A stretch of 64,000 nt of DNA from Octopus sinensis (GCF_006345805.1 NC_043007.1:74648001-74712000), one strand, 5' to 3'. Positions 13,221 to 26,192 are shown, counted from the first letter of the stretch. The notes: a model not told the origin generated them from the sequence alone. Numbers and translations: made by a program.

Positions 13221-13250
13221 CTGGCAAGTGTTTTGATCTGAGACAGTCTA
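13221..13250 (-). CDS. Candidate 30-nt microexon
   Basis: Acceptor CTGTTATTTTCGTTTCAG and donor CAG|GTAAGT; open as (x)DCLRSKHLP in phase 1 or RLSQIKTLA in phase 2. Confidence 0.45.
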
Positions 13251-13388
13251 CTGAAACGAAAATAACAGCGTGGTATACACATATTCACCATTAAAAAATG
13301 CAAAAACTGCACACTTCACATAAATATTTATTATTTGGTGTCAACATTTTTGTCACACCGATTGCGACCTGGTTCTACTGGTACCTTA

Positions 13389-13440
<52 letters not shown>

Positions 13441-13442
<2 letters not shown>

Positions 13443-13502
13443 AATACATCTGTTTGTTTTGTACACCACCTGTCTTCGTCTTTTGTTTTTTTCGTAAACT
13501 CT

Positions 13503-13505
<3 letters not shown>
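13441..13505 (+). mobile_element. 3' terminal fragment of Neptune-like PLE repeat embedded in (TA)n
   Basis: ACCACCTGTCTTCGTCTTTTGTTTTT matches 54395-54430 and 60755-60795. Confidence 0.65.
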
Positions 13506-13542
<37 letters not shown>

Positions 13543-13852
13543 ATATATATATATATATATTGCTACTACTGCTTCCCCAACTTCAGTTAACGAATCTAGT
13601 CAACATACAAGACAGCTATTATGCTCCCCCTCACAAAAAACTACCACGTGGATTCTGTTGAGACTAGTAAGAATCAATTATGAAGTTTTTTTATTACAGT
13701 TAATTTTTAAAAAAATATCTTTGATAAGGTTCGTTTTTTCAAGAAGAACCGAAACATGTAAAATTTCTAAGAAAATTAAAATTTGTCTTATATAGTGGCG
13801 TTTTCAAACTTCTTTTTTATAAATATATATCCACTCGTATACCACCTACACT

Positions 13853-13911
<59 letters not shown>

Positions 13912-14220
13912 CAGTTTCGCACTTTACTCCGCGAAAAGATTATTGTCTTAGTTTGACTAGATGGTATCCTGCTGTTCACAAAAACTCTTCCAGTTTACAA
14001 TATGTCTGATTAACATAGAAATGCTTTACACTTCTTGTACCATAGCAGTAGTCGCATCGAACAAACGTAATGCAGCTAACATTAGGTTTGTTGTGAAATG
14101 ATATTGTGAAATACATCATAAGAATTACTTTTCACGTTGATGCGATTATCCATCTGTATAGAATTCAATTTTTTGTGCCTTTCTCCAGAAATTCATAGCA
14201 TTCTTTACATCAGTCTATAT

Positions 14221-14895
14221 CATTGGTTCTCAACTGGAATCCATATTGTCCCTGAGGGTCCATACAAGATTTAGGGAGACCACGAAACAAAATAGTAAAT
14301 TTGGGACCCACAATGATAATATAAAGACCCCTAAAAAATTTTTTCTTTAGATATATGTATTGATATGTATTGCAAGAAACGGCTTGGTTTCTTTCCCTAA
14401 CATTTTACATAATTCAGCTTTTTTTATTTTCATTTATGCGCCCTTTTCGAGCCTAGCCAGGCTCATGGGCCCGGTTTCCCGGTTTCTGTGGCGTATGTGC
14501 TCCCCCCCCCCAGTTGGACGGGACGCCAGTTCATCGCAGCGTTACTCAAGAAACAGGAAGAAAGAGTGAGAGAAAGTTGGGGCGAAAGAGTACAACAGAG
14601 GTCGCCACCACCACCTGTCGGAGCCTTGTGGAGCTTTAGGTGTTTTCGTTCAATAAACACACACAACGCCCGATCTGGGAATCGAAACCACGTGTCCGCT
14701 GCCCTAAGCACTAGGCCATTGCGCCTCCATAGTTCTGCTTACACAAGTGAATGTGTGAAAAACAAAATAGGTATTTTGAAAGAATTTTCTATAAAAGAAA
14801 TTTTAAAACATCGAATGGCTATGGGGTCCACCAGAATAAAATAGTAATCAAAGTGGTTCACAGGTAAAAAAAACAAAAATGGTTGAGAACACCTG
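14221..14895. mobile_element. hAT (Charlie-like) MITE with nested family B SINE (~14436-14715)
   Basis: TIRs CATTGGTTCTCAAC / GTTGAGAACACCTG; perfect 8-bp TSD GTCTATAT. Confidence 0.9.
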
Positions 14896-15104
14896 GTCTA
14901 TATGGGCATCCACGGTAAAGTGTGAACATTTAGTACCATTTCGATGTATATTGGCGAGCCACTTGGTAAAAATTTTTAAACGTCCAAAGCAATTAAATGT
15001 AACGCGACCAACTGCTGCGATAAGAATTCCTGAAGATTTTCAGAGTGCTAACAGTTAAATTAAGTGTATTTCATATACATACATACATACATACATACAT
15101 ACAT

Positions 15105-15356
15105 AAAATAATGCGCCCTTTTAAAGCCTAGCCAGGCTCATGGGCCCGGTTTCCCGGTTTCTATGGCGTGTTCTCCTGCTGGACGGGACGCCAGTCCATC
15201 GCAGCGTTACTCATTTTTGCCAGCTGAGTGGACTGGAGCAACGTGAAATGAAGTGTTTTGCTCAAGAACACAACGCGTCGCCCGGTCCAGGAATCGAAAC
15301 CACAATCTTACGATCATAATGCTGACGCCCTAACCACTAAGCCACGTGTCTCCGCA
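15105..15356 (-). mobile_element. SINE family B (subfamily B2) inside a (CATA)n tract
   Basis: tRNA-like head, core AGCAAAACACTTCATTTCACGTTGCTCCAG; (CATA)n on both sides. Confidence 0.85.
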
Positions 15357-15979
15357 CATACATACATACATACATACATACATACATACATACATACACA
15401 CGCACACACGCACACACACACACATACATACATACATACATATATACATACATACATACATACATACATACATAAATACGTACGTACATAAATGTATACA
15501 TACATACATATATACATACAAGCGTGCATACATGCATAGATATATGTACACGCCCCCGGACGCGCGCGCACACACATTTTTTTCGCTTAAACATAACGAT
15601 ACTAATAATCTGGAGTAAGATCTCTATATACCATATGCTTTAGAACGAAGCGTTATTTGAGTTTAGAGCAGTAATAAGAAATTAGAATGACAAAGGAATG
15701 AAAAAATATGTCATGAACTCCATTAGCTTACAGTTGTTTCTACTATTAAATGCAATGCGCTCATAGCTGAATCCTTGTGTAGCATCATTTAGCTTCATCG
15801 GAGCTTCAGTGTATGTATGTATGTATGGATGCATGTATGTATGTATGTATGCATGTATAGAGAGAGAGAGAGACAAACAGACAGAGAGAAAGACGGAAAG
15901 AGAAAGAGATACATACATACATAAACACACACGTATGTGCGTGCGTGTGTAGTGGGATGTGGTGTATGCGTGCATGTGT

Positions 15980-16017
<38 letters not shown>

Positions 16018-16601
16018 CCTTGTATCTGCATTTGTCTCCCACCATCGCCTGACAACCGGTGCTGGTGTGTTTATGTCCCCGTAAGCTAGCGGTTTGGCAA
16101 AAAGAAACCGATAGAATACCAGGCTCAAAAAAAAAAAAAAGAAATAAGCACTGCGGTCCATTCGTTTGACTAAAATTCTTCAGGCGTGCCCCAGCATGGC
16201 CGCAGTCTAATGACTGAGACATGTAAAAGATAAACGATGAAATATTCAAAGGAAACATCTGAATGGTAGTTAGAGAAAAATAAAATTGAAGAACGTTGCG
16301 TTAAGTTTGCTGCCGCTAGCAATGTCCTTGTGTCAATATTCTCAGCGTCACAGGATCAGTGACATATACAGGATCACGGTAATAAATGATAGAAAATCCA
16401 TTATAGTCAGCCTCACATCAAATGTCCCCGTTGATTCATTTGTATCTGGTGTATAAGAAACGTTTTTACGTTTATGTATTTGTTTTGTAAGATTCTTGAT
16501 GTGAAATCGTGATACAGAGATTGTTATATTTGGTGATGGTCTTACTTTGCCAGCACTACAAATTTGGTCTGCAGTTCAGCTTTACTATTATTATTTTAGC
16601 A

Positions 16602-16815
16602 AGGCAGCGAGCTGGCAGAAATATTAACACGCCGAGCGAGGTGCTTGGCGGTTTTTCGTCTTCCTTTGCGTTCTGAGTTCAAATTCCGCCGAGGTCGACT
16701 TTGCCTTTCATACTTTCGGGGTCGATAAATTAAGTACCTGTTGCGTACAGGGGTCCATCTAATCGACTGGCCCCCTCCCCAAAATTTCAGGGCTTGTGCC
16801 TAGAGCAGAAAAGAT
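16602..16815 (+). mobile_element. SINE family A monomer (representative of further copies at ~690, 2400, 17521, 22952, 37703, 49655, 56095)
   Basis: Same head and core; alternative 3' tail CCCCTCCCCAAAATT..GGCCTTGTGCC. Confidence 0.85.
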
Positions 16816-16823
16816 TATTATTA

Positions 16824-16879
<56 letters not shown>

Positions 16880-17434
16880 GAGTGAGAGAGCAATTCATGC
16901 CATCAAAGTGACACTGGGGTAAAATATACGAAACCCAATATACCCATCATGACTACCCGTCTGATAAAGGTACACCAGGCACATGCATCACAACCATATG
17001 TGCGCGACATGGTGATCTCATATCAAGATAAACAGCACATGACCTTGCAGGTGGGGCCCAGTTAGAATTTTCTCCAGATTGAGTAGCCCATCCCGCTCAA
17101 ACGGTCCCTGAATAAGGGTTGTTTAAGGATGTTGAAAGAACCACCCATGTTTCCAGAGGTGAACTATTCAAACCCCAAAGAATCCCTCTCAACACATGGC
17201 TATGATGCTCCCCCACTACTTCTGCTCGTGATCAGAGATGCACATATCGTCAGCCACTAACGGACATGCTCAACTGGTTAAGGTCAAACAACTGACAAGC
17301 AAATCTGTGGTATTGAGCAGAATATTTGCTGTAGCCCATCTTTTATACCAAGACAGAACAATGTACATGATAACACTTCCAATCAGTTAAGATCAGAAGC
17401 CATGAGAGCCACTGCCTGGTACTGCATCAGGGCA
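16880..17434. mobile_element. Unclassified ~555-bp non-coding element inside (TTA)n
   Basis: Colinear homolog at 37164-37688; both are flanked on both sides by TTA-type repeats. Confidence 0.8.
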
Positions 17435-17513
<79 letters not shown>

Positions 17514-17808
17514 GTTCCTCTGGCGGCGAGCTGGCAGAATCGTTAGCATGCTGGACGAAATGCTTAGCGGTATTTCACCCGTCCCTAAGTTCTGAGCTCA
17601 AATTCCGCCGTGGTCGACTTTGCCTTTCATCCTTTCAGGGTCGATAAATTAAGTACTAATGAAACAGTGGGGTCGATGTAATCGACTAGTCCCCTCCCCA
17701 CAAATTCCAGGCCTTGTACCTTTAGTAGAAAGAACTATTATTTTAGCTTCTTTGTCAAAGCTCTTTCGTCACACACCCTTTGACTTCCTTAGCGACTCTC
17801 TAACCCAC

Positions 17809-17845
17809 ATGTCTTTTCTTGTTCTGCTTATTTTGTCTTTATGTG
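17809..17845 (+). CDS. Candidate signal-peptide exon MSFLVLLILSLC(G) (unconfirmed)
   Basis: ATG, 12 mostly hydrophobic codons, phase-1 donor TG|GTATGT; no downstream partner exon identified. Confidence 0.2.
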
Positions 17846-18206
17846 GTATGTGTCATAAAGCTGAAGTGAATACCAAATATACAGTGCGTGTGTTCAACTA
17901 GAAAAATATGACCGTCCCCAAGAAAATACTTTAAAATGTGTATGTCACGTGATCGACTGTTTGCATTGTTTGAGCTTTCAAACGATACCTCCCCGCTGGC
18001 TAGGCCAGCAGGCCAGCATTGCCGCTGATCGGAAGGTTATTCTCTCGCATGGTTGCCCATTTGCAGCTGAGTGGACTGGAACAACGTGAAATGAAGTGTT
18101 TTGCTCAAGAATACAACGCAACAGACCTCTCGTTCCGGAAATCGAACCCACAATCTGGCGATCGTGAGAGCAACACTCTGACCACTAAGCATCGCAGCTT
18201 CACGAA

Positions 18207-18596
18207 TCTCTCTATATATAAAGCTGAAGTTGTCGGTGTATGACAGGTTTGGTAGCCTTCAACTAATACTATCTCCTCCGAGACCCTGCGGTGCAAGTTG
18301 ACCAAAATTGAGAGTATGATAGAGGAAGGCTTGCTCTTTCTTTCGTAGAATAAAAAATTCAAATCGGACCATCTTAACACCATAAACTATTTACATCAGA
18401 AAGGTGCTTTTTTCTATGAAAATCCCTATTTTTAACAATTTTTTGACTGCTGTATCGCCATTTTTCGGTGTATTTCAACCAGAAAAATGTTCACTTAAAG
18501 AGAATAACAAGCTACATAATGCAAAATTTTTACTTTTCAAAAGTTCCAATTCTAAGGGTCGAAACAAACCCGAGCAACGCCGGGTGATGCTGCTAG
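18207..18596 (+). mobile_element. Non-autonomous Helitron, subfamily 1
   Basis: A|TCTCTCTATATATAAAG ... CCCGAGCAACGCCGGG hairpin ... CTAG|T; inserted between A and T with no TSD. Confidence 0.9.
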
Positions 18597-18804
18597 TTAT
18601 GTATATAATAATTCTAAATATGTAACTTCATTCATTAAGCTGTCCAGAGATGAACGTCTGCTAACAACAGCGACTAAGTCACAAAACTACTTTCAAGTCC
18701 GGTAGATATTCAGAGAGACATAGAGGGAAACGACTGAGGTAGTTAATTACTTGTCCAGACAAGCTCAGGGCTGGAGAGAGAAATTTCAAGAAATATATAT
18801 ATAC

Positions 18805-18958
<154 letters not shown>

Positions 18959-19655
18959 GATAGATAGATAGATGGGTGGGTGGATAGAAGGATGAATTCA
19001 AAGCTTGGCAGAAATAAGCCGATTGGGATAAACAACGTCGATGATTATAATTAGTCAATCAATCTGACTAGCTTAGCGAATCAAACTTTTTGAACCGGTG
19101 TTAATTTAATTTGATAATACTTACGATCGATTAAATTTTGCGGTTAATTTGCATCGATCATACGGATATTGAATTATTAAGGGGAATTAGAATAGGGTGA
19201 CAGAAAGAACGAGTCTCCTAGCTCTAAAGTTCGTAATCTGTTCCCGTTATATTCAAATTCCAATTATACATACATTGATTCTAATTATAGATCAGTAATT
19301 CTAAGAATATTCTAAAAGTCTGAAAACAACTTATTGAACATGGTTCATGACTATAGAATAAGCAGGAAATATCAGCCTTAGAGTAAACAGCTACGATATA
19401 CGAGTTCACCAAATCTAAACTCAAACGCATACAAAATATTTTTGTTATTCAGGAAAGGAAATCCATTATTCTTTTGTAATGAATCGATAAACTATCGTAG
19501 GCGTGGCTGGGTGGTAAGAAGTTTACTTCTCAACCACATGTTTCTAGGTTCAGTCTCAATGGGTGGTTCCTTGGGAAGCTGTCTTCGACTATAGCTTCGA
19601 GCTATCCAAAGCCTTGTGAGTGGACTTGATAGACGGAAACTGAAAGAAATCCATC

Positions 19656-19701
<46 letters not shown>

Positions 19702-19703
<2 letters not shown>

Positions 19704-19965
19704 CGGGAAGCTTTATGAAAATAGACAAAAGACGAAGGCAGGTTTACGGAAATAAACAAAGGACGAAGGCAGGGGGAATACAAACAAACAATTGTATTAG
19801 TATGGCGCCCAGGAAATATAAATAAAACAAGTCTTTAACGTTTCGAGCCTACGCTCTTCAACAGGAAGATACACAGAGAAGAAACACAGAAAGAAGGAGA
19901 GAAAAAAATGCTTGCAGAGGCTAGCGAATCAACATGGCGATCTGATTTCGGCCAGAAGTCAAAGA
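19702..19965 (-). mobile_element. Neptune-like PLE terminal repeat with hammerhead-like motif, next to the (TA)n of a family C SINE
   Basis: Homologous to 60580-60795; on the minus strand CTGTTGA-A-GAGC gtag GCTC-GAAA-CGTT at 19864-19837. Confidence 0.7.
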
Positions 19966-20321
19966 TCAAAAATATATATTCTTTCTTTCTTTCTTTCTTT
20001 TTTTCTTTCTTTTTGTTTCAGTCATTTGACTGCGGCCATGCTGGAGCACCGCCTTTAGTCGAGCAACTCGACCCCGGGACTTATTCTTTTTGTAAGCCCA
20101 GTACTTATTCTATCGGTCTCTATTAATATATATATATATTAATAGTAATGGTATGATAATAAAAGAATGAATGAGACCTCGATATTATGTAAATAGAGGA
20201 ATTTATTTGTGATATAAAATGTGACAATTATTCGGCTGCCATAACAAAACTCGAAACAGTAATCTGCCCGAGTATCTTGTCGGTTATTAAGGCAATCTAA
20301 AAATGCATTTTTTTATTGTCT

Positions 20322-20384
20322 TAATAACTGACGAGATGCCGGAGCAAATTTCAGACCCGAGATCAAAAACTCGGAGTTTTATTA
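20322..20384 (+). ncRNA. Type I hammerhead-like motif, degenerate (GAAA reads AAAAA)
   Basis: Stem I TAATAA/TTATTA, core CTGACGA, stem II GAT..CGG/CCG.GATC, stem III ACTC-G-GAGT, cleavage triplet GTT. Confidence 0.55.
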
Positions 20385-20417
20385 TTGCAACTGAATATTT
20401 GTCACATATTATATCAC

Positions 20418-20480
<63 letters not shown>

Positions 20481-20483
<3 letters not shown>

Positions 20484-20549
20484 CAAAATAAGAAAATGGA
20501 GAACCACATCTTAATCAAAGATGTGTTTCTCCATTTTCTTATTTTGTAT
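20481..20549. repeat. 69-nt near-perfect hairpin
   Basis: 32-bp stem with one mismatch and a 5-nt loop; TA at both ends. Confidence 0.9.
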
Positions 20550-20720
20550 TATTAATTTGTGGTAAAACATTTTACCTTTGCCCATATAATACAGTAAATG
20601 AATTAATTGCATCGCAATTCTTAACATTTATGTATTAACTTTGTTGGGCGCTTTACTAGCAGTATATTGGGTATATGTTATCCCATGGAGGGTTGCACTT
20701 ACAACCCCTATCTCAATTTG

Positions 20721-20800
<80 letters not shown>

Positions 20801-21386
20801 GTCTGTGTGCGAGCGCGCGTGTGTATGTGTGTGTGTGTGCGTGTATTTGTGTCTGTGTTTGTCCCCCGGTGGCGGTGGGTTTGTGTACATCCCCCACCCC
20901 TCCAGCGGTCCAGCACAAAAGACACCGATAGAACCGATTCGACTAAAAATTCTTCAACGCGGTGCCCCAGCATGGCAGCAGGTTTAGTGACTGAAACAGG
21001 TAACTGATAAAAGGTAAAAGATATCATTTGAGTGCTATAAATGTAATTTGCTTCCGGAATAAAAGGAGACATCACTGAACACCGGACCTATATCAGTCCT
21101 CGAATATAACATTTCAAATAGACAAATATTTAATGGAACAGCATTCCCCTAGTTTTTTTTCTTATTCATTTATGTAATTTTATATCGTAATTTGTGCCCA
21201 AAAGTGTCGTTTGTTGCATGATATAAACTAGCCAATCACTAGTTTTACCGCATTTATGACGATGAGGGTCTCTGTAAATCGATGGCGTTACGGAAAGAAT
21301 CTCGATGACTTGATGCTGAGCAAATATATATCAAGTGTCATTGTTTTCTACTTTCCTCGCCGATGAATACACACACACACACACAC

Positions 21387-21431
<45 letters not shown>

Positions 21432-21516
21432 TCTAGTTTTCTTAGCTACTGAAATTGTTTAATATATAAACAGATTGGCATCTCATTTCTTTGGAATTAG
21501 TCAAATTGATGCAGAC

Positions 21517-21559
21517 GTCTCTGATGAGAATTCAATAAGATTTGAAAATCGATTAAGGT
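21517..21559 (+). ncRNA. Type I hammerhead ribozyme motif in a ~100-bp repeat
   Basis: CTGATGA, stem II GAATT/GATTT, GAAA, palindromic AATCGATT stem III, cleavage after TA, 4-bp stem I; second copy at 30311-30353. Confidence 0.6.
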
Positions 21560-21644
21560 TGTTTATCGTTTTTTCAGTCTACGGAGAACTAGCTAAATTT
21601 GCCCTTTTCATAAATCGTATATACATACAAGTACATACATAAAC

Positions 21645-21675
<31 letters not shown>

Positions 21676-21746
21676 CATACATACATACATGCATACATAC
21701 ATACATACATCCATACATACATACATACATACATACATACATACAT

Positions 21747-22087
21747 AAAAAAATAAATGCGCCCTTTTAAAGCCTAGCCAGGTTCATGGGCCTGGTTTCC
21801 CGGTTTCAATGGCTTATGTGTTCCCCAGCTGGATGGGACGCCTGTCCATCGCAGCGTTACTCATTTTTACCAGCTGAGTGGACTGGATCAATGTGAAATG
21901 AAGTGTTTTGATCAAAAACACAACGCGTCGCTCGTTCCAGGAATCGAAACCACAATTTTACGATCATGATGCTGACACCCTAACCACTAAGCCACGCGCC
22001 TCCGTCAGGCTGGGGAACACATACGCCATAGAGACCGGGAAACCGGGCCCATGAGCCTGGCTAGGCTTTAAAAGGGCGCATTTATTT
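21747..22087 (-). mobile_element. SINE B2 plus an inverted duplicate of its 3' end, within (CATA)n
   Basis: 21751-21830 is complementary to 22010-22087. Confidence 0.85.
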
Positions 22088-22109
22088 ACATACATACATA
22101 CATACATAC

Positions 22110-22505
22110 ATGAATTAATGTGGAACTTACAACCCTTGTACCCTGACTATGAATTTTCATTTGTACTTATCATGATAGGTGCATAAGGTTATGTACCAAA
22201 AAATTTGCACAAAAACCTAGAAATACTCGGTTTCACAGAGAAAGAGCAAAAGAAACTGATGCGGATTCTCCAAGTCCAATCTATTAGTGGCACAGTAAAG
22301 ATCTGTACGACATTCCCCAAAATTCTCCATATGGCACTCTTGTGTGAATAGATACACACACTTGGTTGCACGCATCGACAGTTCAACCAGCACACCAGCT
22401 CAGTCACATATTTACAGATACCGGGTACTCTCTAAACTCAAAAAGTCTTGTCGCTTTGTTAGCGACTGGTTGGAGGTCTTTAAGGAACTTAAACTCAAAG
22501 AAAAG
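22110..22505 (+). mobile_element. 3' fragment of an RLE-type non-LTR retrotransposon (R4-like or related)
   Basis: ELMWNLQPLYPDYEFSFVLIMIGA*GYVPKNLHKNLEILGF...LMRILQVQSISGTVKIC resembles the RLE C-terminus (P.IIGALG); (CATA)n on both sides. Confidence 0.65.
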
Positions 22506-22578
22506 GCATACATACATACATACATACATACATACATACATACATACATACATACATACATACATACATACATACATA

Positions 22579-22755
22579 CGTAAAGCGCTGAGTAGTGAAA
22601 TAGAAATAGAAACATTGTGGTGGTGAAACAAACTGCTTAAGCATAGAACCATTCCAGGAATAAAAACAATATCTATTCACATATACACAACTCGAGGTTT
22701 GTATTTCCCAGTGAAAGAGATGGAATTAATAACCGGAGCAATACTATTAAAACAC
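22579..22755 (+). repeat. Unclassified ~177-bp dispersed repeat
   Basis: Inverted near-identical copy at 28437-28613. Confidence 0.85.
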
Positions 22756-24725
22756 TTAAATATCATGGAGAGAACATTTAATGATAATTATAAATTTACT
22801 GAGTCGGGTTTTGCACAAGTTTTGCACAAGTTTTGATATTATGGTGACTTACCCAGCGGCCATTAAGATCAACATAATATATTCCTTGATGTTTGTTGGA
22901 AGTTGACCATGAAACAAAGATATAAGAATCTTGTAATATTTATTATATCCAGAGGCAGTGAACTGGCAGAATCGTTAGCACACCGGGTATTTCTTCACGT
23001 TGAGTTCAAATTCCGCCGAGGTCCACTTTGCCTTTTATTATTCTGGAGTCAATAACATAAGTACTATTTGAGCACTAAGGTCGATGTAATCGACTTATCC
23101 TGTCCCCCGAACTTGCTGGCCTTGAGCCAAAATTAGAGACCAATATTTATTATATTCATGTGATAAAGATATCAACTGTAGTAAGTCCTACTGAAAATAT
23201 TTTAAAAACTCATTAAGAATTTCATTGGTTACTTTGATGATTTATTTTCAGTTGCAATGATAGTAGTAAAATTGTTTGATGAATTGGTCGTGAAGTCAAG
23301 ATGTTCGTTGTACAACTGTTTCCATCCGGCATCACTGCTATTGCATAGTCATTTAGGCAAATATCTTCTACTTCGGCTGGGTTAATTTGAGTGAAATTTA
23401 GTAAACAGAAAAGGTGAAGAATCCCACCAGAAAAACTATATCTTTTCTTGGATGTCACCCGACCACCTAGTACATTGCCTTTGGTGGAATCCACTCAGTC
23501 GCAAGAGTTTATACGGAGTTTTCGACAGATGTACGGATAACTTTTCCCTTTGTCAATCATCACTGCTGCAGTTTCTTCTCTGATTCAATTATAAAATAAA
23601 GTAGTTTGGAAAATCCCTTTCGGGAGAGCCAAAAGGACATTAAGACATTATTTTATGAGGGTTATTTTAAGGGGAAAAAAGAGGATAAATTATAAAATCA
23701 CTGAGATCATCTGTGAAACTATGAAACTAAGTCCAAACTTCCGGAAAACATTACCTACTAAATGGTAATAAACGTTGATTAGGACTTGTCAGAAAAATGG
23801 ACACATAAAATGTAAATTCCAGATCATAAAAAACAGATCTCTTATGAAGACAGGTTATAATCTTCCTTTCAGAAATTAAGAACTGATTGCATTGACAAAT
23901 GGGCCATGAATTGATAATACCGGTGCGTGTCAGATATTTATTTTATTGATGCTGGTGCAATGAAAAATGTCTAATTTCAGTAAAACATGACGAAACTAAA
24001 TACAAAGCAAAATGACTGCAGGAAAATTACTTAGCGACGCTATCTGCTCGAAAACAAAATAGTTAAACCAATGTTGATATATCTAATGAAAACAAAAATC
24101 ATTTTTATTTATAAATCAATTAAACTTACACTCGTAATGTGGAGAAAAAAACACTTGTGCAACAATTAATTCTTTTAAGACTCAACCATTCTGATGGTAG
24201 AAATTTTGTGAGAGAGGTGTCAGCGATTTAATTGTCTCTGCTACTCCACTGATATATCCGAATAAATGAAAAAGGAAATCATCCTGGTAAGATTTGGACT
24301 CAAAACATAAAAGAATATTAACTAAACCCAGAAGTCATTTAGTTCAACGCTTTATAGTATTAAGCTTCTATGTATTTCTTCTTCGAGAACACGATGAAAC
24401 TGTTTTAGACGGTCTCGATAGTCATTTGTGCGTTTAAGTTTTTCAGAAAACTATGTTCATTATTCAATTTATTCACTTAGAGAACTGTTCGTTATGGGAA
24501 ACCCTAGTATATATTTTCTTGACAAGAAGTCACTCCTTAGTCTTGTAGCGAGACTGTTGTCATAAACTGTCGCATCGTTTAGGCTTAGTCGGAAAACGGC
24601 TCATCCTGCATGCTCCTGACGATTGGTCACATAAACTGGTCATGCGAATGGTGTAATAATTGACGGAGTCCTTTTCTTGGATTGGTCAAGTTTTACGAGG
24701 GATATAGTTTTGTATCCAATCGTAT

Positions 24726-25023
24726 TGTGCGTTAGACCAACTAGCGCGGCAAAATCAAATGCTGTCTTGAGTCTCTAATCATCAATACATAAGAGAAATT
24801 TTCTTATTTTCGCCAGTGAGGTGAGAATTTTCAAGAAGCTATATCACGTCATTTTGTCCCTGTTTGCCAAGCACTTATAACCAAGTTTCGATTGAGTTGC
24901 GAAGCAGACTATTTATATCGTACGTTCGGATGACCTCTACTCAACTCTCGACGTCTAGACATCTTCCTCTATATCTACGTATTGAGCTAGCCTACTTCAT
25001 CGTCTGGAGGCGTCGACACAACA
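24726..25023 (-). mobile_element. Possible solo LTR
   Basis: TG...CA ends with the 4-bp direct repeat GTAT on both sides; TATAAATA on the minus strand at ~24910-24917. Confidence 0.35.
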
Positions 25024-25964
25024 GTATATTTTCTACAGACAGTTACCTTCATGATGTATCCACCTGGTTCGCTGATTATTTTTTTGGTTCGTGGATGAAT
25101 AAAGTGTTGCAGTTCATTGAAAACTCGCTTTCTTTTACTTCTTTCCAACGTTTTATACACAACTCATGGAACCAAGAACTTGTAATAATACAAGGGCCAG
25201 AGATACGCTCCATATAGCTAAAGTCTCATTGAAATGGTTATAAATCCAAGAGACAGGATGTATTAGAAGTATAGACGAAGAAATTAATTCATGCAAATAT
25301 TTTGCAAGGAAAATAAATGAAATGCTATATGTCAGGATGTATAAAAATCTCACAAAATTTCCTCACCGATGCACAAATTGAATTAGTTAGGTTAAATGCG
25401 ATCGATGGAAGAAAAATTCGATACTGGAGAAATATTATTGATTCTAAGTATGATTCTGTCAGTAATGATTTCACCCGTATAACTATTGGTTGTTGAGTAT
25501 TTGATTTCATCAATAATATCAATAAAAGAGGGATTAAAGTAATTGACCAGAGTTTTAGCATCATCGTAATCAGCCTCACTGTCAATAGCTATCACTGTTC
25601 AATATTAAATCGGTCCATCTAGATTTGTTTCAGTTTTTGTTTTTATTAGAAGCTAGCAAGAATATCTGGTCATTTATATAATTTTCCGTGAACAATAGCG
25701 TCGATGAACAATAGGTGAACAAAAGTGTCGGTGAACAACAGTGTCGTGGAACAAGAGGTGAACAATAGTGTCGATGTTTATAGTTTTCTAATACGGTCCA
25801 ATAACGAGTTCACTGAATTTCTGATGGTGAGAACAAGTGATTAGCAGCAGGGTGTCTTCGTAAGGAAAAAATTATGATATATTTTTATTTGAAAGCACCT
25901 GCTATCAACGATTAAATCTTTTGCTGATATTCAGCGGTTATGGGTACACTTACGTGCACGCAGG

Positions 25965-26161
25965 CCTACACGCGCACACACACACACACACTAGCACACA
26001 CATACACACACAATTACACATACATACATACATACATACATACACACACACGTACATACATACATACATATATACATACATACATACGTACATACATACA
26101 TACATACATACATACATACATACACACACACATACATACATACATACATACATACATACAC

Positions 26162-26192
<31 letters not shown>

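Noticed and set aside
23222-23580. Long minus-strand frame with one in-frame TGA (selenoprotein?) and an EGF-like CL...PDGNSC segment
   Set aside because: No CxxU/UxxC motif or SECIS seen, too few cysteines for an EGF domain, and another frame weakly resembles a decayed LINE C-terminus; unresolved.
25150-25600. Minus-strand ORFs (LVNYFNPSFIDIIDEIK)
   Set aside because: Only a faint resemblance to a CR1/L2 pre-RT region with multiple stops; not enough to call.
25688-25775. Degenerate GTGAACAATAGTGTCG minisatellite
   Set aside because: Short slippage-type repeat with no further structure.
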